A model generated the notes under the pieces. That model was not told where the DNA came from. It did not search any database and saw only the letters and a program-made list of their open reading frames with translations. This document shows positions 1 through 10,130 of a stretch of 64,000 bases of DNA, in pieces (position 1 is the first letter of the stretch; every line of letters begins with the position of its first letter). The stretch is taken from positions 12,462,001 through 12,526,000 of the forward strand of contig JBHGNT010000012.1 in the NCBI GenBank assembly GCA_043228905.1, given 5' to 3'. The DNA comes from Azolla caroliniana. Lineage: Eukaryota; Plantae; Polypodiophyta. The position numbers were made by a program, and so were the translations under genes.

Positions 1-465
1 TCCTGGAGCGCTTGCCATGTCGGTTTTTCTCCTCGCTGTATGATTTCTTCGTCTTTTGGCATATTTTGGTCTCTTACTTCTGCCGCATTCTGTTCATTGG
101 CCTTCTTGATCCATTGCGCCGCTTGTTTTCTGATTGCCTCCTAGGCTTCCCACTCGTCGGCCTTCCCCTTTGACCGGGTTGTGACTTGCTGCACTTCCGT
201 TATTTCGGCTGTAACCATGTTGACTGCCGGCTGCTTGTCATTGGTTTTGCTTGGGCATTGGTTACTATAATGTCCCTCCTTACGGCAGTAATAACAATAC
301 ACCTTGTGACTGTTGCTCGTTTCTCCTTTGTCCCCGGTTTGGGGGGTGGGTATACTTCGGCGGTCGTCTTCGGTTTTTCGGTTATCCGGTACCGATACCG
401 GGTTGTCATTCCTTGCTGCCTCCCGACGTTCCTCTCTTCGGAAAAATCCACGCTTCTGATTCCGT

Positions 466-1275
466 TGTCGTGCCTTTCGGCTCCGGATCGTTGCGTGAGT
501 CGGGTGGGAACCACAGAGGTCTTGGACTAGGAGAAAGAAGTTCGTGAGTTAGAGATTAATTATGAGTAAATAGCAAAGAGAAAGATAAGAAACTCGTGAA
601 TCACACGAGTATACTATATTAATTGGTACTTAGGGTGTTAAGAGAGAAGTAGATGTATAAATCGTGAATCCCACGAATAATTTTTGTATTCATTAATACT
701 TAACCCAAATAATCAACAACCCTTTACATATTTCTCTCCTCCTTATATAAGGAAGGAAGAGCTAAGCATGGCTTCATGCTTTTTTTTTTACAAAAAGTGT
801 TCATGTGATGCTTTTTTATTTCCTAAGTATAGGGCTCATGCACGCTAGATGTGCATGAGTTATCTTTAGTGTCTCGTCTTTTTCATATATTAAAAAAAAA
901 TACACGATTTACCTTTTAATAAAGGTATGCATAAATAAAGGTCTTATACGTATTAAATCTATATTTAAAACACTTAAGATAAGTTAATGTAATGGTAAGG
1001 TTGGGGTTTGTCAACGTGGAGGTGCAGAGTTTGAATCACGCCCTGCGCAGTAGTGAGTATTTCCTTTCTTTTTACATTTATGTCTCTTTATCCGGCTCTT
1101 CCTTGCCGGTATGCCGTTTTCTTCCTTGCCGGTATGCCGTTTTCCTCCGTGCCGGTATGCCGTTTTTCCTCCTTGCCGGTATGCCGTTTTCTTCCGGTTC
1201 TCACCGAGCACTCCATTCTCTATCCGGAGGGACAAAAATATAATTTCCACATAGTGTGCAACCTACACTACGACA
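466..1275 (-). repeat. 3' LTR of element A
   Basis: Direct repeat of 6943-7752; contains 4 short TGCCGGTATGCCGTTTT repeats. Confidence 0.95.
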
Positions 1276-4200
1276 CTCGCCCCCTCCAAACCCGCACATC
1301 CTCCGGTATGTGCCGAAGTTCTTGATTCTTCGTATCCGTCTTCATCCGAAGCTTCCTCCGATTCTCCCCTTATGTCGACTATGAGTTGTAATCCACTTTC
1401 TTCGCTTCCCGCATCATTGTGGTCTTCGTCCCATTGCTCCTCGTTGTCGGCCTCGACTTGGATCACATAAGGTTTGTCGTCGGTCCGCTTCTTGAAAATC
1501 TTCACCCGCTTCCCGGCTATAGGCACTCGTAGTATTGTTCCATCCAACTCGGACAGTCGGTACGTCCCGTTGTCGAAGACCTTCCGAACCTCGTACGGCC
1601 CGAACCACCTTTTCGCGAATTTCCGCATCGTTGTATGTTGATGGTCCAAGCTACTATCATATACGATCACCCAATCTCCTTCTTCAATCCTCCTCGGTCG
1701 TAGTCGGTGCTTTGTGTCGAACCGGTTTTTGTTCCGGAATCGTGCTTCTTGTTGTCGGCGTGACGCTTCCGCTACATCTTTCGGTCTTCCCTCCAGTTGT
1801 CGTATCCGGACCGCTAGTAGATCTTCCCGGCTCATCTCTTTCTTCCACGGTAGTATTGTCCATGTCGCGATTGCGGTTTCCGTTGGCATTACCGGTGCTT
1901 GTCCGGTCATGAGTTCTGCCGGCATGTAACCGGTCACGGAGCTATGCGTCGTCCGATCCGCCCATAGTGCATACGGAAGCATTTGTGGCCAATCCTTCAC
2001 CCTTCCGTCGCATGCCTTCGCAAGTGCTTTCACGATCGGACTATGTCCTCGTTCGATCTTCCCGTTGGCCTCCGGATTGTAGGCCGTTGTCAACGTTAAC
2101 CGAACTCCATGTTTGGCGAAGAATCCCCTAGCTTTGTCCGAGTCGAGTTCTCCCCGGTCCGCAATCACTTGTCCTACGCAGCCGTACCTACAAAACACTT
2201 CTTCCAAAAGAAATTGGCACACCGCGGCACACGTTTTCCTCCGAAGCGCTCGACCTTCAACTTGGTTTGTGAGATCCTCTCGAGCTAACACCAAGTATTT
2301 CTTTTGTCCAATCCCGGTCGGCATAGCTACAATGTCGACCATCCACTTGAAGTTGATTGTCGGTGAGAATGTCGGATGCAGCTCATCTCGGTGTCGGACC
2401 CCGGAGTAGACTTGACATTTCTCGCAGCTTTCTGTGAACTCCGCGACATCTTTATACATGTTCTTCCACCAATATCTTTGCTTGATTTTCACAAAAGTTG
2501 CCCATGTTCCTCGATGTCCAGCCCAATCGGATTCGTGGAACTCGGACATTATCCGGTTTCGTTGCTCTTTCGTCCCGACTACTCGAAGTGGTATCCCATC
2601 CGGTCTTTTCGGCGTCCTCCATATTAAACCGTTTTCCAAGAAGAACTTTTGGACTTGCCTCTTCTTCCTTCGGATCTCGGTTCTCCTCTCTTTATCATTG
2701 GTTGAATCCTCGACCTCTTGTAGCATCTTCCCGATCATCAAGGTTTCCCCCTCGTATTCTTCTTCCCGGAATTCTCGGATCACGTTCACTCGGCATATGT
2801 GTTCTGACGTGAAGTAGTCTTCGGAAACTTCTTCATTATCTGATTCGGTTATGTCGTCTTCAAACCGCGCCCTCGATAACATGTCCGCTACCGCGTTGTC
2901 CTTCCCCGAGATGTGTCGAACCTCCGGATTAAGTGACTTGACATATGCAATCCACCTTAGCATAGCCACATCCGGTATCGTACAACACCGCATCATCCCG
3001 AGTATCGGAAGACAATCCGTCTCGATCACCACTTCAGCTCCGATCAAATAATCCCGATCCGATTTTATCGCCGACACGACTCCCCACAATTCTCTTTTGA
3101 CTTGTGCATATCCGCGTTGCCTTTCGTTGAGGACCTTTGCTCCAAATCGGATCGGATACCGCGAACCATCCGAGTCGGCTTGATTGATGACCCACCCGAT
3201 ACCGGTTGGACTTGTATCAACCGTTACTATGATTGGCCGCTCGTAGCTTGGCTTCTTAAGTGATTCCGCCCTCCATAGTGTCTTCTTGAGCTTCCTCATG
3301 GCTTTAGTGTGTTCCGGTTTCCACTCGAATTTCTTACCTTTCCGCAACAAGTGATAGAGCGAGTCCGCTATATGTGCATAGTGCGGAATCCATATGTGAT
3401 AGAATGCACACGCACCCAGAAACCTTCGGACTTCCGATGTTGACTCACATACTTCCTTCATAGCTTGAATCGCATCGATCTTTGTTGGTGACGGTCTTCG
3501 GCCGTAGGGTCCACATAGATGTCCGACCACCAATATTTCTTCTTGCCCGAATGCCGATTTCTCCCCGGAAAGTGTTAGGTGCACATCTTCTAGCTTTCGC
3601 AACACTTTCTCGCAATCATGAATATGGTCGACCACGAACTTTCGGCATCCCCGATCATCCATAGTCTCATCTTTTTCTTCCACTGCGCATCCTTTCATCG
3701 GAATGTCATCTAGAAACGGCATCGTTATCTCCGGGATGCAATCTCGAAGCACCTTGTTCATCGCGTTCATCATATGTGCAACCGAGTTTGTCGCTCCTTG
3801 TGGTAGTGTGCACATTCGAACTAGTCCTATCGGTGTCCGCATGGTAGTGATGTCTCGGCTCTCCACTGCTAGTTGGAATTGGTCATACCCCGAGTATAGG
3901 TCCCCGATGGAGTATATCGCACGTCCGGCAAAAGCTTCCGCGAATTCGTCCACTATCGGACCGACTCCCGAGTTCCGGATCGTGACCTTGTTCACCGGTT
4001 GCAAGTCTTGGATGAATCGGAGTGACCCATTCTTCTTCGGAACCGTAAACCATCGATTTGAGTACGGAGCACTTGATGGCTCTAGAATCCCCATCGCCAC
4101 CTTCTCCTTGAGCAAGTCGATGACTTTCGGAATATGCGCCCGTGGCACCGGAATCGGCTTCAGGTTCCACGGTACATGATCAATCGTGAAAATCACCATC

Positions 4201-4874
4201 GGCTCCACTATCTTTGGATCAATGCATCCGATCTCCCTCGATGTGAACGCGAATGCTTTGCCATGTTGCTCCAACATCTCTTGAAACCGTTTTTCTTCTT
4301 CTTGTAAGAGGAACCCACCTCCACCGATCCGAAGTTTCTTCCGGGTCTCATCTGTGAAGGCATGTCCGATATCCACGGACTTCCGAAGTGTCGGATCTCC
4401 CGAGACTTCTTTCTTCTTTTGTTCGCTATCGGCGGGTAGTGGTCCCGCGGCCGGTTTCACCTTCTTCTCCACGGTCTTGTATTTCGTACTTACCATTGCT
4501 TCTTCTTTGCGGAGCGCATCCGGCCCCATTTTCGCAACGATCTCGTACATCTCGACCGATTCCACCGGGACTACCCGGTTCCCTTGGCTTTTATCTTCCG
4601 CAAGCTCTTCAAGCCGTTGTAGTGTATTCCCATAGAACACTTCCTCGATCACTCCCACGATTTCTTCGTCTTCTTTTATTATTGATGCCGACCGTAACTT
4701 ATCCTCCACTTGTCGGTATTGTTTCTTCATTCCTCCGGTTACGGCCGTGTACGTAGATGCCCCATCCAGGCCGATTCGTACTTGTTTTGCTCCGAGAGTT
4801 TTCTTCCTGTGTGGGGTATCAGGGCTTCTCGGACTATCACTTCCCCACTCCGCAACAGTCCGCTTTAAAAATCC
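1263..4874 (-). CDS. pol: Pol (RT-RNase H-integrase) of element A, entered by -1 frameshift
   Basis: RT LPQG...FLDD; RNase H VDTS...E...TD; integrase H-x5-H...CxxC with D,D35E core and GPY motif. The frame is open from the GGA TTT site at 4874 to a stop inside the 3' LTR. Confidence 0.92.
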   Translation of the reverse strand, partial: GFLKRTVAEWGSDSPRSPDTPHRKKTLGAKQVRIGLDGASTYTAVTGGMKKQYRQVEDKLRSASIIKEDEEIVGVIEEVFYGNTLQRLEELAEDKSQGNRVVPVESVEMYEIVAKMGPDALRKEEAMVSTKYKTVEKKVKPAAGPLPADSEQKKKEVSGDPTLRKSVDIGHAFTDETRKKLRIGGGGFLLQEEEKRFQEMLEQHGKAFAFTSREIGCIDPKIVEPMVIFTIDHVPWNLKPIPVPRAHIPKVIDLLKEKVAMGILEPSSAPYSNRWFTVPKKNGSLRFIQDLQPVNKVTIRNSGVGPIVDEFAEAFAGRAIYSIGDLYSGYDQFQLAVESRDITTMRTPIGLVRMCTLPQGATNSVAHMMNAMNKVLRDCIPEITMPFLDDIPMKGCAVEEKDETMDDRGCRKFVVDHIHDCEKVLRKLEDVHLTLSGEKSAFGQEEILVVGHLCGPYGRRPSPTKIDAIQAMKEVCESTSEVRRFLGACAFYHIWIPHYAHIADSLYHLLRKGKKFEWKPEHTKAMRKLKKTLWRAESLKKPSYERPIIVTVDTSPTGIGWVINQADSDGSRYPIRFGAKVLNERQRGYAQVKRELWGVVSAIKSDRDYLIGAEVVIETDCLPILGMMRCCTIPDVAMLRWIAYVKSLNPEVRHISGKDNAVADMLSRARFEDDITESDNEEVSEDYFTSEHICRVNVIREFREEEYEGETLMIGKMLQEVEDSTNDKERRTEIRRKKRQVQKFFLENGLIWRTPKRPDGIPLRVVGTKEQRNRIMSEFHESDWAGHRGTWATFVKIKQRYWWKNMYKDVAEFTESCEKCQVYSGVRHRDELHPTFSPTINFKWMVDIVAMPTGIGQKKYLVLAREDLTNQVEGRALRRKTCAAVCQFLLEEVFCRYGCVGQVIADRGELDSDKARGFFAKHGVRLTLTTAYNPEANGKIERGHSPIVKALAKACDGRVKDWPQMLPYALWADRTTHSSVTGYMPAELMTGQAPVMPTETAIATWTILPWKKEMSREDLLAVRIRQLEGRPKDVAEASRRQQEARFRNKNRFDTKHRLRPRRIEEGDWVIVYDSSLDHQHTTMRKFAKRWFGPYEVRKVFDNGTYRLSELDGTILRVPIAGKRVKIFKKRTDDKPYVIQVEADNEEQWDEDHNDAGSEESGLQLIVDIRGESEEASDEDGYEESRTSAHTGGCAGLEGASVVV
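4811..4874 (-). promoter_or_regulatory. -1 programmed ribosomal frameshift signal (G_GAU_UUU plus H-type pseudoknot)
   Basis: Slippery heptamer directly before the gag stop; 5-nt spacer; stem CGGACUGUUGC/GUGAUAGUCCG; loop GUGGGG complementary to downstream CCCCAC; pol is in the -1 frame. Confidence 0.8.
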
Positions 4875-6904
4875 ATTCTCACTTGGGACAAGAGTTCCCT
4901 CTTGTTCCTTTCGTGATTTGCCGGCACCGTTAGGAATTGGACGGATTTCCCTCCGTTTTGGCTCCGAATTCGCGCAAAAGCCGCACCACTATCGAGCACC
5001 TTCGTCTCCATCCGTGAAGCCGTGATAAAGGGTTGGCCGAGGATGACAGAATGTGAAACCTCATCCTGCACAAAGAAATTTTGGTCAATTTCGACATCCC
5101 CGATCTTTACCGTCACATCCGGACAAGCCGCAAATAGGTCTTCTGTCGTTTTCGTGGCTGCCCGAATCTTCCATCCATGGTTGGTGTTTATAGGCCACTT
5201 CCCCTTTCGGTAGAACTCCTTGGACATCAAGTTGATCTCCGATCCGTGATCAATCAATGCTAGCACGGGTTCTTTGATGTTGCCGATTCGGACCGGAGTC
5301 TCCGTAGTCGCACGTGCCCAGTGTGGCCTTGTATAGTGGGAGTTCGGAATTTCGCCTTCCACTTCGGTGTCGTTCATTGAAACGGTATTTGCATTCACCC
5401 TTGGAGCATTTTCCTCCGTACTTTGTCTCTTCCTTTTTACGAGATCCACGAGAAGATCGTGAAACTCCTTCTTCGCTATTCCGAGTAGTTCCCGCAGCGA
5501 AAAATCTACCCGGCTATCCAAGATTCTTTCCTCGAACACTCTTTTCAAGTCGGTTTGTTGTTCTATGTCCGAGGCGAGCTTGAATGCCGGAGTCGCCTTT
5601 TCTTTTCCCTTACCTCCGGAGTTCCAGCTTTCCGGTATCTTCGATGGTCCGGCCGCATCCTCCGTGCGCCGTCGTTTCTCGTCCACATACACCTCATGTA
5701 ATTGACACAGGGCGTATATGCTATTCTTGTCGACAGGGCCCTCCCATCCCGTAGCTTCCCGGACGCCTTCCACGGTGTTTCGGATATCGTTGGAGTCGGT
5801 TTTCTCGGTGTTTCCTAGCACCTCCGGCCAGAAAGACGCCTTCGCTCCCGATGACTCCCCGACACATATTCCCGCGGTTGTCGCATAGTTGCTTCTTGTC
5901 GCTAACTCCTCCTCGAGCACCTTCTTCATGCCGCCTTTCCGGAAGTTCGGTCGGAGTGGCTTCCGAGAGTCCATCGAATGAATCCGGTTTCCCTCGTAGT
6001 AGATGAGATCCCGTCGTAGCGCCTCCTTATGGTCGTCGCAATCCCTCCGATCGTGTTCGGCGCTATCGCACCATATGCACCGTCGATCCGTATATTTGGA
6101 GCTTGTGGGGCGGTCATCCGACTTCTTCACCATCGCGATCTTTAGATTCTCCATCTCCTTCAGCAGCTGCTCCACCGTAGACGCGTCGACTCCCTTCTCG
6201 GCCGTAATCTCCCGAGCCCTCGGTTGATGGTCTTCCAGTCCCGTTCTCGGTTTCGGAATCGGTTCCGAAACCCTCTTTTCTTCGTTGGCAAGCCATTGCC
6301 CCCTCTTCGTGTACCGCGCGACGATATCCCGCACGCTTTCCCATGTTTCGGTGAGGCCGCTTTCGGTGGTCGTGTCCTCAAGAAGCACTCCGAGATCTTT
6401 CCGGTCCTGGACGTCCACAGCTCGCAAAAACATGATGACTTTGTCCGGTGCAAGAATAGTTTGATCTCTCGCGGACAACCTCCCGAACCGACTTTCGAAT
6501 GTCAAAAACACTTCGAGGACCTTCAGCCCCTTACCTGACGTTTCCACCCAATCCTCGAATCCCCTCCGCGTTGCCTTGGAGGAGTCCTCGATGGCAAACG
6601 TGGTCTTTAACGCCTCTTCGAATGCTTCCCACGTCGGATTTTGTTGTTGCAACCCGTGGATACTCCCTTGAAGCCCGTCGGTCGCCACCCGGTTAAAGGA
6701 TGTCACTTGCAGTCCTTCCGAAGCCCGGCACCGGAGCATCTCCGCCTTGTAGTCCTGCAAATATCGCGACACATCCTTACCATTAAATTGCCCGTTGCGT
6801 TGCACGAGCCGCTCTACTGATGCCGAAATCTCCGACATCGTGCGTTGTTCTTGAAGCATCCGTTCGAACATCGCCATCATATTGTTAGCTTGTTGAGCCT
6901 CCAT
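4865..6904 (-). CDS. gag: Gag-protease polyprotein of element A
   Basis: First ATG after the PBS at 6904 (MEAQQ...); CCHC knuckle CIWCDSAEHDRRDC; aspartic protease ALIDHGSEINLM...VILGQPF. Confidence 0.9.
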   Translation of the reverse strand: MEAQQANNMMAMFERMLQEQRTMSEISASVERLVQRNGQFNGKDVSRYLQDYKAEMLRCRASEGLQVTSFNRVATDGLQGSIHGLQQQNPTWEAFEEALKTTFAIEDSSKATRRGFEDWVETSGKGLKVLEVFLTFESRFGRLSARDQTILAPDKVIMFLRAVDVQDRKDLGVLLEDTTTESGLTETWESVRDIVARYTKRGQWLANEEKRVSEPIPKPRTGLEDHQPRAREITAEKGVDASTVEQLLKEMENLKIAMVKKSDDRPTSSKYTDRRCIWCDSAEHDRRDCDDHKEALRRDLIYYEGNRIHSMDSRKPLRPNFRKGGMKKVLEEELATRSNYATTAGICVGESSGAKASFWPEVLGNTEKTDSNDIRNTVEGVREATGWEGPVDKNSIYALCQLHEVYVDEKRRRTEDAAGPSKIPESWNSGGKGKEKATPAFKLASDIEQQTDLKRVFEERILDSRVDFSLRELLGIAKKEFHDLLVDLVKRKRQSTEENAPRVNANTVSMNDTEVEGEIPNSHYTRPHWARATTETPVRIGNIKEPVLALIDHGSEINLMSKEFYRKGKWPINTNHGWKIRAATKTTEDLFAACPDVTVKIGDVEIDQNFFVQDEVSHSVILGQPFITASRMETKVLDSGAAFARIRSQNGGKSVQFLTVPANHERNKRELLSQVRMDF

Positions 6905-6920
6905 CTCCTTGCCACCCGTT

Positions 6921-6938
6921 TTCACGTCGGGTTCACCA
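6921..6938 (-). promoter_or_regulatory. Primer-binding site complementary to the tRNA-Trp 3' end
   Basis: The plus strand reads TTCACGTCGGGTTCACCA, matching my recollection of the plant tRNA-Trp(CCA) 3' end plus CCA; 4 nt from the LTR. Confidence 0.8.
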
Positions 6939-6942
6939 ACTG

Positions 6943-7752
6943 TGTCGTGCCTTTCGGCTCCGGATCGTTGCGTGAGTCGGGTGGGAACCACAGAGGTCTT
7001 GGACTAGGAGAAAGAAGTTCGTGAGTTAGAGATTAATTATGAGTAAATAGCAAAGAGAAAGATAAGAAACTCGTGAATCACACGAGTATACTATATTAAT
7101 TGGTACTTAGGGTGTTAAGAGAGAAGTAGATGTATAAATCGTGAATCCCACGAATAATTTTTGTATTCATTAATACTTAACCCAAATAATCAACAACCCT
7201 TTACATATTTCTCTCCTCCTTATATAAGGAAGGAAGAGCTAAGCATGGCTTCATGCTTTTTTTTTTACAAAAAGTGTTCATGTGATGCTTTTTTATTTCC
7301 TAAGTATAGGGCTCATGCACGCTAGATGTGCATGAGTTATCTTTAGTGTCTCGTCTTTTTCATATATTAAAAAAAAATACACGATTTACCTTTTAATAAA
7401 GGTATGCATAAATAAAGGTCTTATACGTATTAAATCTATATTTAGAACACTTAAGATAAGTTAATGTAATGGTAAGGTTGGGGTTTGTCAACGTGGAGGT
7501 GCAGAGTTCGAATCACGCCCTGCGCAGTAGTGAGTATTTCCTTTCTTTTTACATTTATGTCTCTTTATCCGGCTCTTCCTTGCCGGTATGCCGTTTTCTT
7601 CCTTGCCGGTATGCCGTTTTCCTCCGTGCCGGTATGCCGTTTTTCCTCCTTGCCGGTATGCCGTTTTCTTCCGGTTCTCACCGAGCACTCCATTCTCTAT
7701 CCGGAGGGACAAAAATATAATTTCCACATAGTGTGCAACCTACACTACGACA
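6943..7752 (-). repeat. 5' LTR of element A
   Basis: Direct repeat of 466-1275, followed on the minus strand by the PBS. Confidence 0.95.
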
Positions 7753-7756
7753 CCGT

Positions 7757-9288
7757 CGGAAATTCCGGTTCCCTTGTCGCCTCTCTTCTCTGCGTCATTC
7801 GTATTCCGGGGATTCGTCTCGGTCGTACCGGTCCCGGGGGTAGCTATCTCTGCGTTTCTCCTCTCGGTCATAGTTATCGCGTCTTCTAGCAGCGTATCTG
7901 TTACCGCGTTCGCGTTGGTAGCGGTCGTCTCTCCGGAATCGATCCTCATCCGGGTCCTGATTGCGCGGTTCTATGTGTCGAACCGGTGCCGCCTGCCGGT
8001 TTAACAGGTTATATTCGCATCGGTCCGTTGTATGGGCTCGAGAGTTGCAGATCATACATTGCGTCCGCAGGTTGTAGTCTACCGTTGAGTGGCCCGAATT
8101 TAGGCATGTTGTGCATTGTAAGGCCTGTCGGAACCTCAAGTCTTCCTCCTTCGGGAGTGCCTGGTGTAACATCCCCATCGACAAGAAGGAGCTAGTCTTG
8201 TCCATTTCTAAGACCCGATCGATAACTTGGTCCATTGTGCTGGTGCAGAAATCAAGGACTCCGCACATCGTTCGAAGTGGCTCTTTTAGCGCGGCCAAAA
8301 AGACTGCTTTGGCTTCGTCTTCGGGTGGTGCTCTCGTCAGTTGGTTGTGCAGGGTCTGAAACCCAATGATGAATTGTGGCACAGTCTCGTTCTCTTCCTG
8401 TCGGGTGGTGTAGAATTGCCCGACCAATTCCCTTTGCTCAACTTGTCTGTGAAAAAGCCTGAGGAATTTGGCCTTCAAGGCATCGAATGTGGCAAAGCTG
8501 CCCGGTAAGTGCTTTGCGTGCCATCGGGCCGTCGGTCCTTCTAAGGTCATGCCGAATTCGGCGACTTTGGATCGTTCGGCTTCGGGCTCCGTCAGTCTTT
8601 GGGAAACATGGTTGGCTTCCCATGTTTGGAGGAATGCGTACACGTGTGCCTCCGCGTCGGGCTCATCCCGGTACTTTGGGTATGGGTACGGCATCGTATC
8701 GTCCAACTGACTCTCCTGCTCTCTCCACTCTCTGTCCGCTGTTGGCGTCGGTGTAAGAACCTTCGGTTCCTCCGCGGTTGGTGCCGGTATCCGCTCCTTC
8801 AGTTCCTCCGCGGGTGTTGCCGGTGTCCGGTCCTTTGCTTCCTCCGCGGGTGTTGTCGGTATCCGGTCAGCCTCCCTCGGCGATTGCCGGTCACCAAACT
8901 CCAAGGTTATTTCTTCCTCTGTGTCTTCTGACTCCTCTTCCCTCGGGTCATTTGGTGTGTCGTGGCTGCTTTTATACCGGGACGCAACGCTTCCGTCGCT
9001 TTCCAACTCCGCCTCGAGTGTTGTGAATGCTTCCGAGTCCCCATCGCCACCGGCGAGCGTCTGTAGTATCGTTTCCGCCTCTTGCAGGCTTGTTATGCTA
9101 CTGCCTTCGTCGGGGACTTGCAGAACCCGGAACTGCAGTGCTTCTTCTGCGACTCTCCGAAGAGTTCTGGAGAATGACCGATCTCGCCGGATCTCGTCGA
9201 CGGCTTGCTGCAGGGCTTCCCGTCGTTGCTCTCGTTCGGTGTATCGTCTCCCTCGTTCGGTGATGTGGTCGTCGTTTGGTCTAGACAT
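7757..9288 (-). pseudogene. gag: gag of Gypsy B1 (retrotransposon gag domain plus zinc knuckles), with a premature TGA at 7795 and split by element A
   Basis: YPKYRDEPDAEAHV...F.TWEANH...LEGP.ARWH capsid-like domain; knuckles CTTCLNSGH and CMICNSRAHTTDRC; reading frame continues past the TGA and across the CCGT TSD. Confidence 0.85.
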
Positions 9289-9340
9289 CCATCCCCCGTT
9301 TGTCCTCTGCACTTTGCAGGAATCGTGGTCGCCAAAATAG

Positions 9341-9729
9341 TGTTGTATGCCTGGCCGGACTAGCCTCAACACAAGTGTCTATCCGACACTTCTCCAAAGG
9401 GGTGGTAAGGATTGGATGCTAGGTTACACGCGTAAGATGATTACACTAAGCACAGACGGTAAAATAATACAAAGACAAAGATAAACACGCAATAAGTATA
9501 ATTGTATTTCTTCCGTAAAGCATTTACAAATCATGGGATCCTTTTATAGGCATCCGGCAAGGTTACAATCGGTGCGCTTAGGCAACCGGCATCCGAATCG
9601 GTCCAGATCCGGATCGGTACAACTGTACCGGATCCGTCCCTCCGAATAATAAATATACTATTATTTACTTCCTATTATCCGATCCGACTCCGCCTTCCCA
9701 CTTGTCCTTGCTCTTCTGACCGGCCAACA
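9341..9729 (-). repeat. 5' LTR of Gypsy B1 (389 bp)
   Basis: TG...CA ends, adjacent PBS-like site, and similarity to the LTRs at 34096-34537 and 48868-49309. Confidence 0.8.
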
Positions 9730-10105
9730 GTTTCAACCTAGAAGGGTCTTCTGGGGTCGGGGTGGACCAACATTGGGGCTGTGAGAAAAGCTGCCTTGAG
9801 GGCATCAAAAGCACTTTGTGCTGCAGAGGTCCAAAGAAATGGAGTATCTTTCCTAGTAAGGATGATTAGAGGTTGCACTAAAGAGGAAAACCCGTTGATA
9901 AATCGTTAGACTCTATAGAAATTTGCAAAACCAAGAAATGATTGTACCTCTTTCAGTCGAGTAGGGACAGGCCAATCGGTGATTGCGGCTACCTGGCACG
10001 CATCCATTGTGATCTCGGAGGGTGAGATCACATAGCCGAGGAATTCGATTGAGGTTCGATCGAATTCACATTTCTCACTTTTGGTGTAAAACCCATGTTC
10101 GAAGA
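9730..10105 (-). pseudogene. Degenerate Gypsy RT/RNase H-junction fragment (chromovirus/Tcn1-like), the target of B1
   Basis: Translates as EKCEF...IEFLGYVIS...DWPVP...VQSFLGFANF...[20 protein letters not shown], with stops. Confidence 0.7.
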
Positions 10106-10130
10106 CTACGGGGCGTCGATCAGACCGAAA

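Larger units (their letters stand above)
466..7752 (-). mobile_element. Full-length, very young Ty3/Gypsy LTR retrotransposon 'A'
   Basis: 810-bp LTRs at 466-1275 and 6943-7752 (TGTCG...CGACA, about 2 substitutions seen); 4-bp TSD CCGT (462-465, 7753-7756); PBS 6921-6938; PPT GGAGGGGGCGAG next to 1275; uninterrupted gag-PR and RT-RH-IN ORFs. Confidence 0.97.
1..9729 (-). mobile_element. Ty3/Gypsy LTR retrotransposon 'B1' (Athila-like, same family as 34096-49309); 5' part only, interrupted by element A and running off the window
   Basis: 5' LTR 9341-9729 (TGTTG...CAACA, TATA-like CCTATAAAAG on minus) and PBS-like TGGCGACCACG at 9334-9324. The gag from ATG 9288 is homologous to the gag at 48812-47200. 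It resumes after the insertion at 461-1 with CYYCRKEGHYSNQC and WIKKANEQNAAE, as in 46890. Confidence 0.85.

Noticed and set aside
1414-6696. Many 60-160 aa antisense or alternate-frame ORFs over gag/pol
   Set aside because: Shadow ORFs of a GC-rich coding strand, with no motifs.
6905-6991. Track start of gag at 6991 (likewise 9372 and 44820)
   Set aside because: These are non-ATG starts within the LTR/PBS or leader; the first downstream ATG was used instead.
7462-7526. Functional tRNA gene
   Set aside because: No acceptor or anticodon stem pairing; only A/B-box-like motifs.
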